In this document: piece by piece, positions 54,201 through 63,400 of the stretch
Numbering within the stretch: position 1 is the stretch's first letter
Layout of the letters: each line of letters starts with the position of its first letter
Assembly (NCBI RefSeq): GCF_009914755.1
Contig: NC_060939.1
Length of the DNA stretch: 64,000 nucleotides
Direction: 5' to 3' (one strand)
Source of the DNA: the human T2T-CHM13v2.0 reference genome, Homo sapiens
Position numbers and translations under genes: made by a program
Notes under the pieces: model-generated
The model's input: the letters and a program-made list of their open reading frames with translations, nothing else
Told to the model about the DNA's origin: nothing
The model's database searches: none

Positions 54201-54851
54201 GAATGGAGTGGAGTGTAGTGCAGTGGAGTGGAGTGGAGTTTAATGCAATGAGATGGAATGGAAGGGAGTGGAGTGGAGTGGAGTGGAATGCAATATAGTG
54301 AAAGGGAGTGTGATGGATTGGAATGGAGTGGATTGCAGTGGAGTGGAGTGTAGTGGAATGGAATGGAATGGAGTGGAATGGAATTGAATGGAATGCAATG
54401 GAATGGAATGGCGTGGAATGAATTGGAATGGAATGGTGAAATGAAATGTGAGCTGAGATTGTGCCACTTCACTCCAGTCTGGTTGACAGGGTGAGATACT
54501 GTCAAAAGAAAGGAGTGGAGTGGAGTGGAGTTGAATGCAATGGGATGGAATGGAATGGAGTGGAGTGGAGTCGAGTAGAGTGGTTTGGAGTGGAGTGGAA
54601 TGGAATAGAATGGAAAGGAATGGAATGCAATGGAATGGAATGGAAAGGTGAAATGTAATGTGAGCTGAGATTGTGCCACTGCACTGCAGCCTAGGTTACA
54701 GAGTGAGATCCTGTCGAAAGAAATGAATGTAATGGAATGGAGTGGAATGTAATGTAATGGAATGGAATGGAGTGGGGTGGAGTGCAGTGGAGTGAGGTGG
54801 AGTGGAATGGAGTGGAATGGAATGGGACAGAATGGAATGCAGTGGAGTGGA

Positions 54852-57800
54852 TTGGAGCACTTTGAGGCCTATGGTGGAAAAGGAAATATCTTCACATAAT
54901 ACCTAGACAGAAGCAGTCTGAGAAACTTCTTTGTGATGTGTGCGGTCTTCTCACAGAGTTGAACCTTTCTTTTTATTGAGCAGTTTGGAAATTCTTTTTG
55001 TAGAATCTGCAAGTGGACATTTGGAGCGATTTGAGGCATATGTTGAAAAAAAATCTTCACATGAAAAGTAGACAGAAGCATTCTGCAAACTTCTTTGTGA
55101 TATGTGCATTCATCTCAAATAATTGAACCTTTCTTTTGATTCAGCAGCTTTGAAACTCCCTTTTTGTATTATCTGCAAGTGGACATTTGGAGCGCTTTGA
55201 GGCATATGATGGAAAAGGAAATATCTTCAAAAAAGCTAGACAGAAACATTCTGACAAATTTCTTTGTGATGTGTGCATTCATCTCACAGGTTTGAACCTT
55301 TCATTTGATTGAACGGCTTTGAAAAACTTTGTACAATCTGCATGTGGAAATTTGGAGCACTTTGAAGCCTATGGTGGAAAAGGAAGTATCTTCATATAAA
55401 AACTATACAGAAACATTCTGACAAACTTCTTTGTGATGTGTGAATTTATCTCACAGATTTGAACGTTTCTTTTCATTGAGCAGTTTTGAAACACTCTTTT
55501 TGTAGAATCTGCAAGTGGATATTTGGAGAGTTTTCAGGCCTACGGTGGAAAAGGAAATATCTTCACATAAAAACTAAACAGAAGCATTCTGAGAAACTTC
55601 TTTGTGATGTATGCATTCACCTCAGTGTTGAAATTTTATTTTGATTGAGCAGTTTCAAAACACTCTTTTTGTAGAATCTGCAAGTGGACATTTTGAGCAC
55701 TGTGAGGCCTAGTGTGGAAAAGGAAACATCTTCACATTAAAACTAGACAGAATAATTCTGACCAACTTCTTTTGGATGTGTGCATCTATCTTCCAGATTT
55801 GAACCTTACTTTCGATTGAGCAGTTCTGAAACACTCTTTTTGTAGAATCTGCAAGTGGAAATTTGGAGCGCTTTGCAGGCTATGGTGGAAAAGGAAACAT
55901 TTTCACATAAAAACTAGACAGAATCATTCTGACAAACTTCTTTGGGATGTGTGCATTCATCTGACAGAGTTGGAACTTTCTTTTGATTGATCAGTTTTGA
56001 AACACATTTTGTAGAATTTGCAGGAGGACATTTGGAGTGTTTTGAGGCCTATGGTGGAAAAGAAAATATCTTCACTTAAGTGCTAAACAGAAGCATTCTG
56101 AGAACCTTCTTTGTGATGTGTGCATTCATCTCACCGAATTTAACCTTACTTTTGATTGAGCTGTTTTGAAACACTCTTGTAGAATCTGCAATAGGACATT
56201 TGGAGCGCTTTGTGGACTATGGTGGAAAAGGAAATATCTTCACATAAAAACTAGACAGAATCATTCTGAGAAAATTCTTTGTGATATGTGAATTCATCTT
56301 AGAGAGTTGAACCTTTCTTTTGATTGAGCAGTTTTGAAAAACTCATTTGTAGAATCTATAATTGGTCATTTGCAGCACTTTGAGGCCTATGGTGGAAAAG
56401 GAAATATCTTCACATAAAAACTAGACAGAAACATTCTGAGAATCTTCTTTATGATGTGTGCACTCATCTCACAGACTCGAACCTTTCTTTTGGTTGAGCA
56501 GTTTGGAAACACTCTTTTTGTAGAATCTGCAAGTGGATATTTGGAGTGCTATACTTCCTAAAGTGGAAAAGAAAATATCTTCACATAAAAACTAGACAGA
56601 AGCATTCTGAGCAACTCCTTTGAGATGTGTGCATTCACGTGACAGAGTTGAAATTTTCTTATGATTGAGCAGTTTTGAAACATTCTTTTTGAGAATCTGC
56701 AAGTGGATATTGGGAGAAATTTGAGGCCTGTTTTGGAAAAGGAAATATCTTCACATAAAAACTAGACAGAAGCATTCTGAGAAAATTCTTTGTGATGTGT
56801 CCATGCATGTCACAGGTTTGGAGATTTTTCCATTGAGCAGTTTTGAAATACTCTTTTTCTAGAATCTACAAGTGGACATTTTGGGAGCTTTGAGGCCTAT
56901 GGTAGAAAAGGAAATATCTTCACATAAAACAAGACAGAAGAGTTCTGAGAAACTTTTTTGTAAGGTGGGCATTCATCTCACAGGGTTGAACCTTTCTTTT
57001 GATTGAGCAGTTTTAAACACTCTATTTGTAGAATCTGCAATTGGACATTTGGAGCGCTTTGCGGCCTATGGTAGTGAAAGAAATACCTTCACATAAAATC
57101 TAGAGAGAAGCAATCTGAGAAACTTCTTTTTGATTTGTGTATTCATCTCACAGTGTTAAACCTTTCCTGTGATTGAACAGTTTGAAACTCTCTTTTTGTA
57201 GAATCTGATAGTGGACATTTGGAGCACTTTGAGGACAATGGTGGAAAAGGAAATATCTTCACATAAAAACTAGACTGAAGATTTCTAAGAAACTTCATTG
57301 TGATGTGTACGTTCATCTCACAAAGGTGAACCTTTATTTTGAGTGAGCAGTTTGGAAACACGGTTTATGTAAAATCTGCAAGTAGATATTTGGAGCGCTT
57401 TGTGTCCTATGTTATAAAATGAAATACCATCACATAAAATCTCGACAGAAGCAATCTGAGAAATTTCTTTGTGATGTGTGCATTCATATCAAAGAGTTAA
57501 ACCTTTGTTTTGATTGAACAGTTTTGAAACTCTCTTTTTGTAGAACCTGCAATTGGACACTTTTAGCGCTTTGAGGCCTATGGTGGAATAGGAAACGTCT
57601 TCACATAAAAACTACACAGAAGAATTCTGAGAAATTTCTTTGTGATACGTGCGTTCATCTTACAGAGTTTAACCTTTCTTTTGATTGAGCAGTTTGGAAA
57701 CACTTTTTGTAGAATCTACAAGTAGACATTTGCAGCGCTTTGAGGGCTATGGTAGAAAAGGAAGTATCTTCACATAAAATCTAGACAGAAGCAATCTGAG

Positions 57801-58363
57801 AAACTTCTTTTTGATGTGTGCATTCATCTCACAGAGTTAAAACTTTCTTTTGATTGAGTAGTTTAAAATTCTCTTTTTGTAGAATCTGCAAGTGGACTTT
57901 TGGAGCGCTTTGAGGCCTATGGTGGAAAAGGAAATATCCTCACATAGAAACTAGATAGAAGAATTCTGAGAAACTTCATTGCGATGTCTGTGTTTATCTC
58001 AAAGAGTTGAAAATTTCTTTTGATTGAGCAGTTTGAAAACTCTCTTTTTGTAGAATCTGCAAGTGGACATTTGAAGGGCTTTGCATCCTTTGGTACAAAA
58101 GGAAATACCTTCACATAAAATCTAGACAGAAGCAATCTGAGAAACTTTTATTGTGATTTGTGCATTCACTTCACAGAGTTAAAACTTTCTTTTGATTGAG
58201 AAGTTTGAAACTCTGTTTTTGTAGAATCTGCAAGTGGACATTTGGAGCGCTTTGAGGCCTATGGTGGAAAAGGAAATATCTTCACAGGAAAACTAGATAG
58301 AAGTATTCTGAGAAACTTCTTTGTGATGTGTGCAGTCATATCTCAGAGTTGAACCTTTCTTTT
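54852..58363 (+). repeat. Alpha satellite, diverged A-type monomers (~171 bp), left of the SVA
   Basis: About 20 monomers of ...cattctgagaaacttctttgtgatgtgtgcattcatctcacagagttgaacctttcttttgattgagcag...tgtagaatctgcaagtggacatttggagcgctttgaggcctatggtggaaaaggaaatatcttcacataaaaactagacagaag. The box position carries the pJ-alpha-type CTATGGTGGAAAAGGAA. No CENP-B box (TTCG....A..CGGG) was seen. Confidence 0.97.
58350..58363. repeat. Target-site duplication, left copy (tgaacctttctttt)
   Basis: Identical to 60410-60423. It is part of the alpha monomer that is interrupted here and resumes after the SVA. Confidence 0.9.
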
Positions 58364-58367
58364 TTTT

Positions 58368-58583
58368 GCCTTTCATTTTGTATACTTTATTTATTTTTTA
58401 ATTTTTAATTTTGGTGTGTACTTAGTAGGTATATATATTTATGGATACATGAGATATTTTCATACAGGCGTGCAGAGCATAACAATCACAGCATGGAAAA
58501 TAGACTATCCATTCCCTCAAGTATTTATTATCCTTTGTGTTACAAACATCCAATTATACTCTTCTAGCTTTTGTTTATGTTGG
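58368..58583 (-). mobile_element. 3'-transduced segment containing an old L1 (L1MA/L1PB-like) 3'-end fragment
   Basis: Non-alpha, non-SVA, AT-rich sequence inside the TSD pair. The stretch tagtaggtatatatatttatggatacatgagatattttcatacagg...cctcaagtatttattatcctttgtgttacaaacatccaattatactctt resembles the antisense 3' terminus of L1MA1-3/L1PB-type elements (recognised from memory, exact subfamily uncertain). Confidence 0.8.
58386..58395 (-). terminator. Overlapping AATAAA polyadenylation signals of the transduced segment
   Basis: + strand tttatttatt equals two overlapping AATAAA on the minus strand. The last one ends 18 nt upstream of the short A-tract (58367 and below) that merges with the TSD. 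Confidence 0.7.
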
Positions 58584-58600
58584 TTTTTTTCTTTTTCTTT

Positions 58601-59100
58601 TTTATTGATCATTCTTGAGTGTTTCTCACAGAGGGGGATTTGGCAAGGTCACAGGACAATAGTGGAGGGAAGGTCAGCAGATAAACAAGTGAACAAAGGT
58701 CTCTGGTTTTCCTAGGCAGAGGACCCTGGGGCCTTCCTCAGTGTTTGTGTCTCTGGGTACTTGAGATTAGGGAGTGGTGATGACCCTTAACGAGCATGCT
58801 GCCTTCAAGCATCTGTTTAACAAAGCACATCTTGCACCGCCCTTAATCCATTTAACCCTGAGTGGACACAGCACATGTTTCAGAGAGCACCAGGTTGGGG
58901 ATAAGGTCGTAGATCAACAGCATCCCAAGGCAGAAGAATTTTTCTTAGTGCAGAACAAAATGGAGTCTCCTATGTCTACTTCTTTCCACACAGACACAGC
59001 AACAATCTGATTTCTCTATCTTTTCCCCACATTTCCCCCTTTTCTATTTGACAAAACTACCATCGTCATCATGGCCCGTTCTCAATGAGCTTTTGGGTAC
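58601..59100 (-). mobile_element. SVA SINE-R domain (HERV-K LTR5/env-derived)
   Basis: tttattgatcattcttg...gagggggatttggca...gcagataaacaagtgaacaaaggtctctgg...gagcatgctgccttcaagcatctgtttaacaaagcacatcttgcaccgcccttaatcc, characteristic of SINE-R. Confidence 0.92.
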
Positions 59101-59950
59101 ACCTCCCAGATGGGGTGGTGGCCGGGCAGAGGGTCTCCTCACTTCCCAGAAGGGGTGGCCAGGCAGAGGCGCCCCCCACCTCCTGGACGGGGTGGCAGCC
59201 TGGCAGAGGAGCCCCCCACCTCCCTGACAGGGTGGCTGGCCGGGCGGGGGCTGCCCCCACCTCCCTCCCGGACAGGGTGGCTGGCCGGGCAGGGGCTGCC
59301 CCCCACCTCCCTCCCGGATGGGGTGGCTGGCCGGGCGGGGGCTGCCCCCCACCTCCCTCCCAGACGGGGTGGCTGGCCGGGCAGGGTCTGCCCCCCACCT
59401 TCCTCCCCGATGGGGTGGCTGGCCGGGCGGGGGCTGCCCCCCACCTTCCTCCTGGATGGGGCGGCTTGCCTGGTGGGGGTTGCCCACCCCCTCCCTCCTG
59501 GACGGGGTGGCTGCCAGGTGGAGACACTCCTCACTTCCCAGATGGGGCGGCTGCCAGGCAGAGGGACTCATCACTTCTCAGATGGGGCAGCTGCTGGGCA
59601 GAGGGGCTCCTCACTTCTCAGACGGGGCAGCTGCTGGGCGGAGGGGCTCCTCACTTCTCAGACCAGGCAGCCGAGCAGAGACGCTCCTCACCTCCCAGAC
59701 GGGGTCGTGGCTGGGCAGAGGTGCTCCTCACATCCCAGATGGAGTGGCCGGGCAGAGGCGCTCCCCACATCTCAGACGATGGGTGGCCGGGTAGAGACCC
59801 TCCTCACTTCCTAGATGGGATGGCGACTGGGAAGAGGTGCTCTTCACTTCCCAGACTGGGCAGCCGGGTTGAGGGGCTCCACACAACCCAGACGATGGGT
59901 GGCCAGGCAGAGACGTTCCTCACTTCCCAGATGGGGTGGCGGCTGGGCAG
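59101..59950 (-). repeat. SVA GC-rich VNTR
   Basis: ~46-bp units ggggtggctggccgggcgggggctgccccccacctccctcc (~59230-59460) and ~40-bp units gggcagaggggctcctcacttctcagacgggg. Confidence 0.92.
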
Positions 59951-60325
59951 AGACTGCAATCTCGGCACTTTGGGTTGCCAAGGCTGGCGGCTGGGAGGTG
60001 GAGGTTGTAGCGAGCTGAGATCACGCCACTGCATTCCAGCCTGGGCAACATTGAGCACTGAGTGAACGAGACTCCATCTGCAATCCCGGCACCTCGGGAG
60101 GCTGAGGCTGGCAGATCACTCGTGGTTAGGAGCTGGAGACCAGCCCAGCCAACACAGTGAAACCCTGTCTCCACCAAAAAAATACGAAAATCAGTCAGGC
60201 ATGGTGGCACATGCCTGCAATCGCAGGCACTCAGCAGGCTGAGGCAGGAGAATCAGGCAGGGAGGTTGCAGTGAGCAGAGATGGTGGCAGTAGAGTTCAG
60301 CTTCGGCTCGGCATCAGAGGGAGAC
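59951..60325 (-). mobile_element. SVA Alu-like domain
   Basis: ctgcaatctcggcactttggg...gagatcacgccactgcattccagcctgggcaacattgagcactgagtgaacgagactcc...aggagctggagaccagcc...gaggcaggagaatcaggcagggaggttgcagtgagc. Confidence 0.9.
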
Positions 60326-60332
60326 AGTGGAA

Positions 60333-60407
60333 AGAGAGGGAGAGGGAGACCGTGGGGAGAGGGAGAGGGAGACCGTGAGGAGAGGGGGAGGGAGAGGGAG
60401 AGGGAGA
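60333..60407 (-). repeat. SVA 5' (CCCTCT)n hexamer region
   Basis: + strand agagagggagagggagaccgtggggagagggagagggagaccgtgaggagagggggagggagagggagagggaga. Confidence 0.92.
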
Positions 60408-60409
60408 AC

Positions 60410-60423
60410 TGAACCTTTCTTTT
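60410..60423. repeat. Target-site duplication, right copy (tgaacctttctttt)
   Basis: Identical to 58350-58363. The minus strand reads TC/AAAAG at its outer edge, compatible with the L1 endonuclease TT/AAAA preference. Confidence 0.9.
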
Positions 60424-63400
60424 GAAGGACGAGTTTTGAAATACTCTTTTTGAAGAATCTGCAATTGGACATTTCGAGGTCCTTGAGGCATGTGGTGGAA
60501 AAGGAAATATCTTCACATAAAAACTAGGCAGAAAACTTCTGAGAAACTTCTTTGTGATTTGTGCATTCATCTCACGGAGGTAAACGTTTCTTTTGATTGA
60601 GCAGTTTGGAAACACTCTTTTTGTAAAATCTACAAGTGGACATTTGGAGCGCTTTGCAGCCTATGGTAGAAAAGGAAATATCTTCACATAAAATCTAGAC
60701 AGTAGCAATCTGAGGAACCCCTTTGTTATGTGTGCATTCATCTCCCAGAGATAAAACTTTCTTTTGATTGAGCAGTTTTGAAACTCTTTTTGTAAAATCT
60801 GCAAGTGGACATTTTGAGCACTTTGAGGCCAAAGGTGGAAAAGGAAATATCTTCACATAAAAACTAGAGAAAAGAATTTTGAGAAACTTGTTTGTGATGA
60901 GTGGGTTCAACTCACGGCGTTGAACCTTCCTTTTGATTGGGCAGTTTTGAAAATCTCTTTTTGTAGAATCTGCAAGTGGACATTTGGAGTGCTTTGCAGC
61001 CAATGGTAGGAAAGAAATATCTTCATATAAAATCTAGACAGAAGCAATCTGAGAAATTTCTTTCTGATGTGTTCCTTCCTCTCACAGAGTTAAAGCTTTT
61101 TTTTTGAATGAGCAGTATTGAAACTCTCTTTTTGTAGTATCTGCAAGTGGACATTTGGAGCTTTTTTAGGCCTATTTTGGAAAAGGTAATATCTTCACAT
61201 AAAAACTAGACAGAAGAATTCTGACAAAGTTCTTGGCGATGTGTGCGTTTGGTCTCACAGAATTCAACCTTTCTTTTGATTGAGCAGTTTGGAAACAGTC
61301 TTTTTGTAGAATTTGCAAGTGGAGATTTGGAGCTCTTTGCGGCCTATGGTAGAAAAGGAAATAACTTCACATAAAATCTAGACGGAAGCAATCTGAGAAA
61401 CTTCCTTGTGATGTGTTCATTTATCTCACATAATTAAACTTTTCTTTGGATTGAGCAGTTTTGAAACTCTATTTTTGTAGAATCTGTAATTGGACATTTG
61501 GAGCACTTTGAAGTCTATCGTGAAAAAGGAAATATCTTCACATGAAAACCAGATAGAAGCATTGTGAGAAACTTTTTTTGTGATGTGTGCATTCATATCT
61601 CAGAGTTGAAGGTTTCTTTTGAATGACCAGTTTTGAAATCCTCTTTTTAAATATCTGCAAGTCGACATTTCGAGCACCTTGAGGCGTATGGTGGAAAAGG
61701 AAATATCTTCACATAAAATCTAGACAGAAGCAATCTGAGAAACTTCCTTGTGATGTGTTCATTTATCTCACAGTGTTAAACCTTTCTTTTGATTGAGCAG
61801 TTTTGAAAATCTCTTTTTGTGGGATCTGCAAGTGGACATTTGAAGCTCTTTGAAGCCTATGGTGGAAAAGGAGTTATCTTCACATAAAAACCGGATAGAA
61901 GCATTCTGAGAAACTTCTTTGAGATGTGTGTATTCATCTCCCAGTGTTGAACATTTCTTTTGATTGGACAGTTTTGAAACTCTCTTTTTGTAGAATATGT
62001 AAGAGGATATTTGGAGAGCTTAGAAGTCAATGGTTGAAATGGAAATAACTTCACATAATAACTACACAGAAGCATTCTGAGGAACTTGTTTGGGATTTGT
62101 GCATTCATCTCACATAGTTGAACCTATCTTTTGATAGAGCAGTTTGGAAACTCTCTTTTTGTGGTATCTGCAACTGGATAATTTGAGCCCTTTGCAGCCA
62201 ATGTTGGAAAAGGGAACATCCTCACATAAAAACTACACAGAAGTATTCTGAGAAACTTCTTTGTGATGTGTGCATTCATCTCACAGAGGTGAATATTTCA
62301 TTTTATTGAGCAGTTTTCAAACAATTTTTGTAGAATCTGCAAGTGTATAATTGGAGCGCTTTGAGGCCTATTGTTGAAAAGGAAATATCTTCACATAAAA
62401 AATACACAGAAGCATTCTCAGGAACTTCTTTTTGATGTGAGCATTCATCTCACAGTATTGAAACTTTCATTATATTGAGCAGTTTGGAAACACTCTTTTA
62501 ATAGAATCTGCAAGTGGATATTTGGAGCCCTTGGAAGCCTATTGGGGAAAAGGAAATATCTTCTCATAAAAACTACACAGAAGCATTCTGAGAAACTGCT
62601 TTTTGATGTGTGCATTCAAACCACATAGTTGAACTTATCTTTTGATAGAGCAGTTTTGAAACTCTCTTTTTGTAGAATCTGCAAGGGGATATTTGGAGTT
62701 CTTTGTGGCCTATTGTGGAAAAGGAAATAACTTCACAGAAAAACTACACAGAAGCATTCTCAAAAACCTCTTTGTTTTGTGTGTATTCATCTCTCAGAGT
62801 TGAACTTTTCTTTTGATAGAGCAGTTCTGAAAATCTTTTTGTAGGATCTGCAAGTGGATAATTGGAGAGCCTTGAGGCCTATGGTGGAAATTGAAATATC
62901 TTCACATAAAAAATACACAGAAGCATTCTGAGAAATTTGTTTGGGATGTGTGCATTTATCTCACAGAGTTGAACCTATCTTTTGATAGAGCAGTTTTGAA
63001 ACTCTCTTTTTGTAGAATCTGCAAGGGGATATTTGGAGCCCTTTGAGGCCTATGGTGGAAAAGGAAATATCTTTATATAAAAACTACACAGAAGCATTCT
63101 GAGAAACTTCTTTGGGATGTGTGCATTCTTCTCACAGAGGTGAAACTTTCATTTGATTGAGCAGTTTTCAAACACTCTTTCTGTGGAATCTGCAAGGATA
63201 TAATTGGAGTGCTGTGAGGCCTATTGTGGAAAAGGAAACATCTTCACATAAAAACTACACAGAAGCATTATCAGAAACTTCTTTGAGATGTGTGCATTCA
63301 TCTCACAGTGTTGAAAATTTATTTTGATTGAGCAGTTTGGAAACAATCTTTTTGTAGAATCTGCAAGTGGATATTTGGAGCCCTTGGAGGCCTAATGTGG

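Larger units (their letters stand above)
41775..54722 (+). mobile_element. Dispersed Alu 3'-end cassettes within HSat3, mostly proximal variant (33 copies)
   Basis: Cassette GTGAGCTGAGATTGTGCCACTGCACTCCAGCCTGGGTGACAGAGTGAGATCCTGTC-aaaagaaagg about every 0.2-0.7 kb. Approximate starts: 41786, 42123, 42485, 42996, 43362, 43772, 44078, 44419, 45095, 45772, 46293, 46620, 46917, 47459, 47830, 48186, 48448, 48805, 49201, 49602, 49983, 50580, 50942, 51124, 51570, 51907, 52319, 52641, 53188, 53575, 53991, 54448, 54660. The copies at 45095 and 45772 are of the distal type. The GAGACCCTGTC/GAGATCCTGTC ending resembles AluJ/FRAM more than AluS/Y (GAGACTCCGTC). Confidence 0.9.
1..54851 (+). repeat. Human Satellite 3 (HSat3/SatIII)-type pentamer satellite array, diverged (GGAAT/GGAGT)n
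   Basis: Continuous 5-bp periodicity dominated by GGAAT and GGAGT, with variants GCAGT, GGATT, GAAAT, GTAAT and GGAAC. The purine-rich strand is on + throughout and no strand switch was seen. Minus strand reads (CATTC/CACTC)n. The array runs off the left edge of the window. Confidence 0.95.
58584..60407 (-). mobile_element. Full-length SVA retrotransposon (probably an older subfamily, SVA_B/C-like)
   Basis: All domains are in order on the minus strand: (CCCTCT)n hexamer, Alu-like region, GC-rich VNTR, SINE-R, AATAAA (58601-58606) and A-tail (58584-58603). SINE-R variants such as aaaatggagtctcctatg and cagcaacaatctgatttctctatc, plus many CpG-to-TpG changes, suggest an older subfamily. The subfamily call is tentative. 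Confidence 0.96.

Noticed and set aside
179-54684. Hundreds of ORFs up to 921 aa (MEWNG/VEWSG and HSIPF/HSTPL repeats)
   Set aside because: They are direct translations of pentamer repeats that lack stop codons in most frames. They overlap in all frames and show no domain structure.
1517-54722. CRISPR-like look: conserved ~60-75-bp repeats separated by variable spacers
   Set aside because: The repeats are Alu 3' ends and the spacers are 0.1-5.7 kb of satellite rather than unique 30-40-mers. There are no cas genes and the context is primate.
1-54851. HSat2 or telomeric repeat assignment, or a specific chromosome assignment
   Set aside because: There is no regular HSat2 CATTCGATTC-type periodicity and no TTAGGG array. 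Chromosome and species cannot be determined without a database search.
58368-58583. Stand-alone L1 insertion into alpha satellite
   Set aside because: It has no TSD pair of its own and shares the SVA's TSD. L1MA-age elements are expected to predate this insertion by a wide margin, so transduction explains it better.
59951-60325. Independent Alu insertion
   Set aside because: It has the rearranged Alu-like structure specific to SVA and sits between the VNTR and the hexamer. It has no A-tail or TSD of its own.
59044-60378. GC-rich ORFs of 130-326 aa on both strands
   Set aside because: They lie in the SVA VNTR and Alu-like domains. SVA is non-autonomous and such frames are open by composition.
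60424-60433. Cluster of mismatches to the alpha consensus right beside the TSD (gaaggacgag), suggesting insertion-induced mutation
   Set aside because: The paralogous monomer at ~61621 has similar variants (gaatgaccag), so most of them predate the insertion.
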